From: Pachysolen tannophilus NRRL Y-2460
Lineage: Eukaryota
Assembly: GCA_001661245.1 (NCBI GenBank)
Contig: KV454014.1
Location: 512,954-576,953 of the forward strand
Reading direction: 5' to 3'
Length of the DNA: 64,000 bases
Both the position numbers and the translations under genes were made by a program. The first letter of the stretch is position 1; every line of letters starts with the position of its first letter. The notes beneath the pieces were generated by a model. It had not been told where the DNA came from. It ran no database searches and saw nothing but the letters and a program-made list of their open reading frames with translations. Shown piece after piece: positions 59,396 to 64,000 of this stretch.

Positions 59396-61024
59396 ATGCC
59401 AGAGTCAGTGATATTCTTAGACTATTTGTTTATATTGGTTCCAAAACTTGTTTCGAAATCTGCTATTGTGAAGAGACAATTATACGAGAAGCAAGGTGCA
59501 AAATGTTTTTATAATTTGAGTAGTATTGGTAAGGGCAAAGATCAAAAAAACAGCAATGATAAAGTGGTTATAGTTTTACAAAATTACAAATCGCTTAGAG
59601 ACAAGATCAATAAAGATTTTTTAGTTAAATGCTTAGACATTGAGTATGATGATAGAAGTTTTTCTCTAAAATCTATTGTTTTAAAATATCCAATTGTTAA
59701 GAATGATTGGATAGTAGAATCTTTAAAACTGGGTAAAGTTTTACCTTTGCAACAATTTCTGTATGATATTTCACATGTAAGAGTAGATAGTGAAATTTCT
59801 CAAGATTATTTATTGGAGCTTAGTGATAGAAGTACTAAGGCTAGAAAAATTTCGGAAATAAAGAACCAAGATGGACCTGCTACTAAACAGATCAAATTGG
59901 AAGATACTGATGAATTGGAGAAAGCTCTTGCTTCACTTTCAAACCGAGAAAAATTTAAAAGAGACAATCAAGATAATGATGATGAAGATGATGAAGATCT
60001 TTTAGCAGATTATATGGCAGTTTCAAAAAATGTTTCTGGTCCAAATAAAGAGATTATTTTTTTTTTCAACAAGATGGCAAATGAATATAAACAAGTTGGT
60101 GAAAGTTATAAATACGTCAATTATAGGAAGGCTATAAATACTATTTCAAAATTAGATTATCCTTTAAAGACATATGATGAAGCAATTAAATTACCTAATA
60201 TTGGTAAAAGTTTAGCTTTAAAAATTGAAGAAATAAACAAAACACATAAACTTTCAAAACTTTTTTTTTTACAAAATGATATTAAATATTCAACTTTAAA
60301 TAAATTTATGAAAATTTATTCTGTTGGACCTACAATACTGAAAAATTGGTATGATAGAGGATATCGTACTATTGAAGATATTGAAAAAAAAGTTGATAAT
60401 TTAACATCAAATCAAAAATTAGGAATCAAATATTATAATGATTGGAATTCAAAAATACCAAGAGAAGAAGTAACACAACATTATGAATTTGTAAAAAATA
60501 TAGCTTTAAAAGAAGTTGATTCAAAACTTGAAATTTTTATAATGGGTTCATATAGAAGAGGTCTTCCCGAATGTGGAGATATAGATATTTTAATTACTAA
60601 AAAAAATTGTAATGATAAATCAGAATTAGCCCTGATTTTAAGTAAACTTATCTCAAGATTAAAAAGTAAAGATCATAATAATTATATTCAATGTTCATTG
60701 ATACATTCAGGTATAAATTCAAAATCTTTAAAATTTTATGGAGGTTGTTTAATAAATGAAAATTCAAAATGCAGAAGAATAGATTTTTTAATGGTACCTT
60801 ATGAAGAACTAGGTGCTTCATTAATTTATTTCACTGGTAATGATATCTTTAATAGAATAATAAGAACTATAGCCATTAAAAAAGGTTTAAACTTGAGTAA
60901 TATAGGTTTAACTTTTAAAAAAACCGGAGAAAAATGCATAGAAAATTCTCATGATGAAAAAACAATATTCGATTATTTAGGTATTAAATATAGAAATCCA
61001 GAGGACAGAAATATTGGATACTAA
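59396..61024 (+). CDS. POL4: DNA polymerase X family (Pol IV/lambda) with an N-terminal BRCT-like region
   Basis: HhH motif LPNIGKSLA, GSYRRG...GDIDIL, RRIDF and YFTG. Confidence 0.92.
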   Translation: MPESVIFLDYLFILVPKLVSKSAIVKRQLYEKQGAKCFYNLSSIGKGKDQKNSNDKVVIVLQNYKSLRDKINKDFLVKCLDIEYDDRSFSLKSIVLKYPIVKNDWIVESLKLGKVLPLQQFLYDISHVRVDSEISQDYLLELSDRSTKARKISEIKNQDGPATKQIKLEDTDELEKALASLSNREKFKRDNQDNDDEDDEDLLADYMAVSKNVSGPNKEIIFFFNKMANEYKQVGESYKYVNYRKAINTISKLDYPLKTYDEAIKLPNIGKSLALKIEEINKTHKLSKLFFLQNDIKYSTLNKFMKIYSVGPTILKNWYDRGYRTIEDIEKKVDNLTSNQKLGIKYYNDWNSKIPREEVTQHYEFVKNIALKEVDSKLEIFIMGSYRRGLPECGDIDILITKKNCNDKSELALILSKLISRLKSKDHNNYIQCSLIHSGINSKSLKFYGGCLINENSKCRRIDFLMVPYEELGASLIYFTGNDIFNRIIRTIAIKKGLNLSNIGLTFKKTGEKCIENSHDEKTIFDYLGIKYRNPEDRNIGY

Positions 61025-61651
61025 ATTATTATTATTTAAACAACTCAAAACACAATTTAGTGAAGAACACAGTGAAGTGTTCTTATCATACATATTACTA
61101 CATTAACATACATGTGCAGGATGTAAGAAAAGTAAGAAAAAATTAACAGCAATAATATTGATAATAAGCAACAATAACAACAAAAGTAGTGTAAATTAGC
61201 CTTTTTTTAATAGGTTTTTTTTTTTCAAGTTTTTCGCTCCGGGACGGGGGGAACTCTCGTCTTTTGGCTGATTTGACCTATTTCACCTCTCTCCCTCACG
61301 CCCGCCCGCAGACAAAGTTCCCGTCCCATTTCCTTTTTTTAAATATTACATTAAGTGGGATCCTATCGATTGATAAAACTTTAGGACAGCGGGATGAGAT
61401 CATCACCCCTCAATCCGATGATTTAAACGTTATGGGCGGTTATATATAAAGAGTCAAATGTTTTCCTATTAATCTCTTGTTTTCTTTTAAAAGAAATTGA
61501 TTTTAATAATAATAATAATAATAATAATATATATATGTATACATATATATATATATAGAAGACTTGTAAATTTAATTTTCTATTATAAGTTATAGTAGGA
61601 ATTAATTGATAATTTGATAAGGTTGATAGTGATAAAGTTTTTGTGATTAAT

Positions 61652-63340
61652 ATGTCGGGCTCAATAAATCCATTTCCTCAAAAACAGGATATTTTAAATG
61701 ATGTTCAAATTAAAGGTTCTATTCCACCAGAGATTAAGGAAAGAATCTTTACCGCGGATGCTTTGGCATTCATTGCCACGTTACATCGTTCATTTGGTAA
61801 GAAACGTCTTGAATTATTAGAAAACCGTCACTTAGAACAAGTTAAGAGAGATACAGAGGGAAAATTACCGAATTTTCTTCCTGAAACGGCGTATATTAGA
61901 GAAGATAAAACGTGGGTTGGTGCACCTTTGGCTAAAGGGCTTGTTGACCGTAGAGTTGAAATTACAGGTCCTACTGATCGTAAGATGGTCATCAATGCAT
62001 TGAATTCAAAAGTTGCAGTTTATATGGCTGATTTTGAAGACTCTTTAACTCCCTCATGGGCCAATCTTATTGATGGACAATTCAACTTGTATGATGCAGT
62101 AAGAAGAGAAATCAATTTAAAAACTTCAAGGAAAAATTACGAGTTGAATTTAACTCCTGGAAGACATATTCCTACTTTGATCGTTAGACCTAGAGGTTGG
62201 CATTTAAATGAAAGTCATGTTATTGTTGATGGTGAACCAATCTCTGGTTCAATGTTTGATTTTGGATTATATTTCTATCATAATGCTAAAGAAGCTTTGG
62301 CTCAAGGTTTTGGTCCTTATTTTTATTTACCAAAGATGGAACACCATTTAGAAGCCAAATTATGGAACGATATTTTTGAATTTTCTCAAGATTATATTGG
62401 TATTCCAAGAGGTACAATTAGAGCTACAGTTTTGATTGAAACTATACCAGCTGTTTTCCAAATGGATGAAATCATTTATCAATTAAGAAATCATATTGCT
62501 GGTTTAAATTGTGGTAGATGGGATTATTTGTTTAGTTATATAAAATGTTTAAGATCTAATCCAAACTTCATACTACCGGATAGAGCCCAGGTAAATATGA
62601 CTGTTCCATTTATGGCTAATTACGTTAAATTGTTGATTAAAACATGTCATCTGAGAAAAGTGCATGCAATGGGTGGTATGGCTGCATTAATCCCAATTAA
62701 AAATGATCCAGTTGCCAATGAAAAACTGATGAACAGTGTCAAGAGTGATAAACTAAGAGAGGTTGTTGCTGGCCATGATGGTACATGGATTGCTCACCCT
62801 GCATTGGCTGATATTGCATTGGATATTTTCAATAAGCATATGCCTGGTCCTAACCAGATTAACGTTTTTAGACCAGAATATGAAAATTTATCAATCAGTA
62901 ACTTTGATTTATTAACACCTTATATCCCAGGTTTTAAGATCACAGAAGGAGGTATTAGGATAAATATTAGAGTTGGATTGATTTACTTGGGTAATTGGAT
63001 TGGTGGTTTAGGATGTTCCCCAATCAATTATTTAATGGAAGATGCAGCAACAGCAGAAGTTTCTAGAGCACAATTGAATCAATGGGTCAAACATAATGCC
63101 AAAACTGAAGACGGGAAAGTTATTGATAAAAATTATGTTTCCCAATTGTTTAAAGAAGAATCGAACAAGTTATTAAATGAAATATCAGATTATCAAGTAA
63201 AGAAAGATTATAAGAAAGCAATTGAATTTTATAAACCTGACGTCTTGAACGAAAACTTTGACGAATTCCTTACTTTCAAGTTATACGACGAAGTCACAAG
63301 AAGAGACGTTTCAAGATCTGTTAGTGCCCAAAAATTATAA
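61652..63340 (+). CDS. MLS1: Malate synthase, probably peroxisomal
   Basis: [37 protein letters not shown] and MEDAATAE. C-terminal QKL is a PTS1-like variant. Confidence 0.97.
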   Translation: MSGSINPFPQKQDILNDVQIKGSIPPEIKERIFTADALAFIATLHRSFGKKRLELLENRHLEQVKRDTEGKLPNFLPETAYIREDKTWVGAPLAKGLVDRRVEITGPTDRKMVINALNSKVAVYMADFEDSLTPSWANLIDGQFNLYDAVRREINLKTSRKNYELNLTPGRHIPTLIVRPRGWHLNESHVIVDGEPISGSMFDFGLYFYHNAKEALAQGFGPYFYLPKMEHHLEAKLWNDIFEFSQDYIGIPRGTIRATVLIETIPAVFQMDEIIYQLRNHIAGLNCGRWDYLFSYIKCLRSNPNFILPDRAQVNMTVPFMANYVKLLIKTCHLRKVHAMGGMAALIPIKNDPVANEKLMNSVKSDKLREVVAGHDGTWIAHPALADIALDIFNKHMPGPNQINVFRPEYENLSISNFDLLTPYIPGFKITEGGIRINIRVGLIYLGNWIGGLGCSPINYLMEDAATAEVSRAQLNQWVKHNAKTEDGKVIDKNYVSQLFKEESNKLLNEISDYQVKKDYKKAIEFYKPDVLNENFDEFLTFKLYDEVTRRDVSRSVSAQKL

Positions 63341-64000
63341 TTAACTTGGAGGTCTTGATTAAATTGGTTTATTTCTGTTTTTTCTTTTTTCTTTTTTCTT
63401 TTTTTTTTTTTTTAAAACCGGGTCGCCGGGATTCTATCAGCAGTTAGTTAGTTACATTCAATTTTATTCAATCTATATTTTCTCAAAACGAGCTACATGA
63501 TACAAGCTATAATAGTACTTTATAATTCTATCTTGAAAACTCATTATACTTCAAAATTATTCCCTTCTCTTTGTTTTCTTGTCCTTTCTGGAAAAACAAT
63601 GTCCTCTACAACGTATATTATCGTTAAACTAATATAACACTGTGAACATAATAGTATGAGCACAAGTATAATCAAAATAGTAGTGTATTTGTAGTGTAAT
63701 TGCTCCTAATCGGGATCAGAACGATAAGTGAAGATAAACTGAGAAATGTATAACTAAAAAAGCTATATATATATATATTATATATATATATATAAATACA
63801 TAAATACATAAATATATATAAACATTTTATTTTCATTATTCTTTATTTCAAGGTTATTATAAATTTTCAAGAAGTTAATCTTTAGCTTTAGTTTTTTTCC
63901 TTTTTTGTTATTTTTTGGGGAAGAGTTTTGTTTAAAAAAGATTGTTGAGTTATTTAAAGACAATCTTTAAAAAGGTATCAGAAATCAAAAAATGTCTATA

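Noticed and set aside
1..64000. tRNA, rRNA, LTR/transposon and CRISPR features
   Set aside because: None recognised by eye. tRNAscan-SE and Infernal would be needed to exclude small RNAs.

Overview
This is AT-rich budding-yeast (Saccharomycotina) nuclear DNA from a draft scaffold with four N-gaps. It holds about 23 protein genes: MRI1, ERG5, a PTM1-like membrane protein, LEU1, FUN19/YOR338W-like, UBC11, an unknown 900-aa protein, an Amt/Mep transporter, RPA43, GIP4-like, MTW1, an FMO, KAP123, GLE2, FLO8-like, ALG3, ILS1, CSC1-like, a Nudix hydrolase, two SNG1-like genes, NRP1, POL4 and MLS1. Main observations: (1) Two genes in the first 6 kb, MRI1 and the PTM1-like gene, have their 3' coding ends on the opposite strand. 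A local inversion of about 430 bp and one of about 610 bp would restore each gene in frame. These may be real inversions or assembly errors. (2) CTG codons fall where Ala is expected, which points to the CUG-Ala genetic code (Pachysolen-like), so the ORF track mistranslates them as Leu. (3) The ORF track misses an intron-containing 80-aa gene resembling complex I subunit NDUFB4/NB5M, and also the first exon of the FMO. (4) The Nudix gene looks bacterial (Firmicutes-like). Homology calls come from recalled family motifs; no searches were run.
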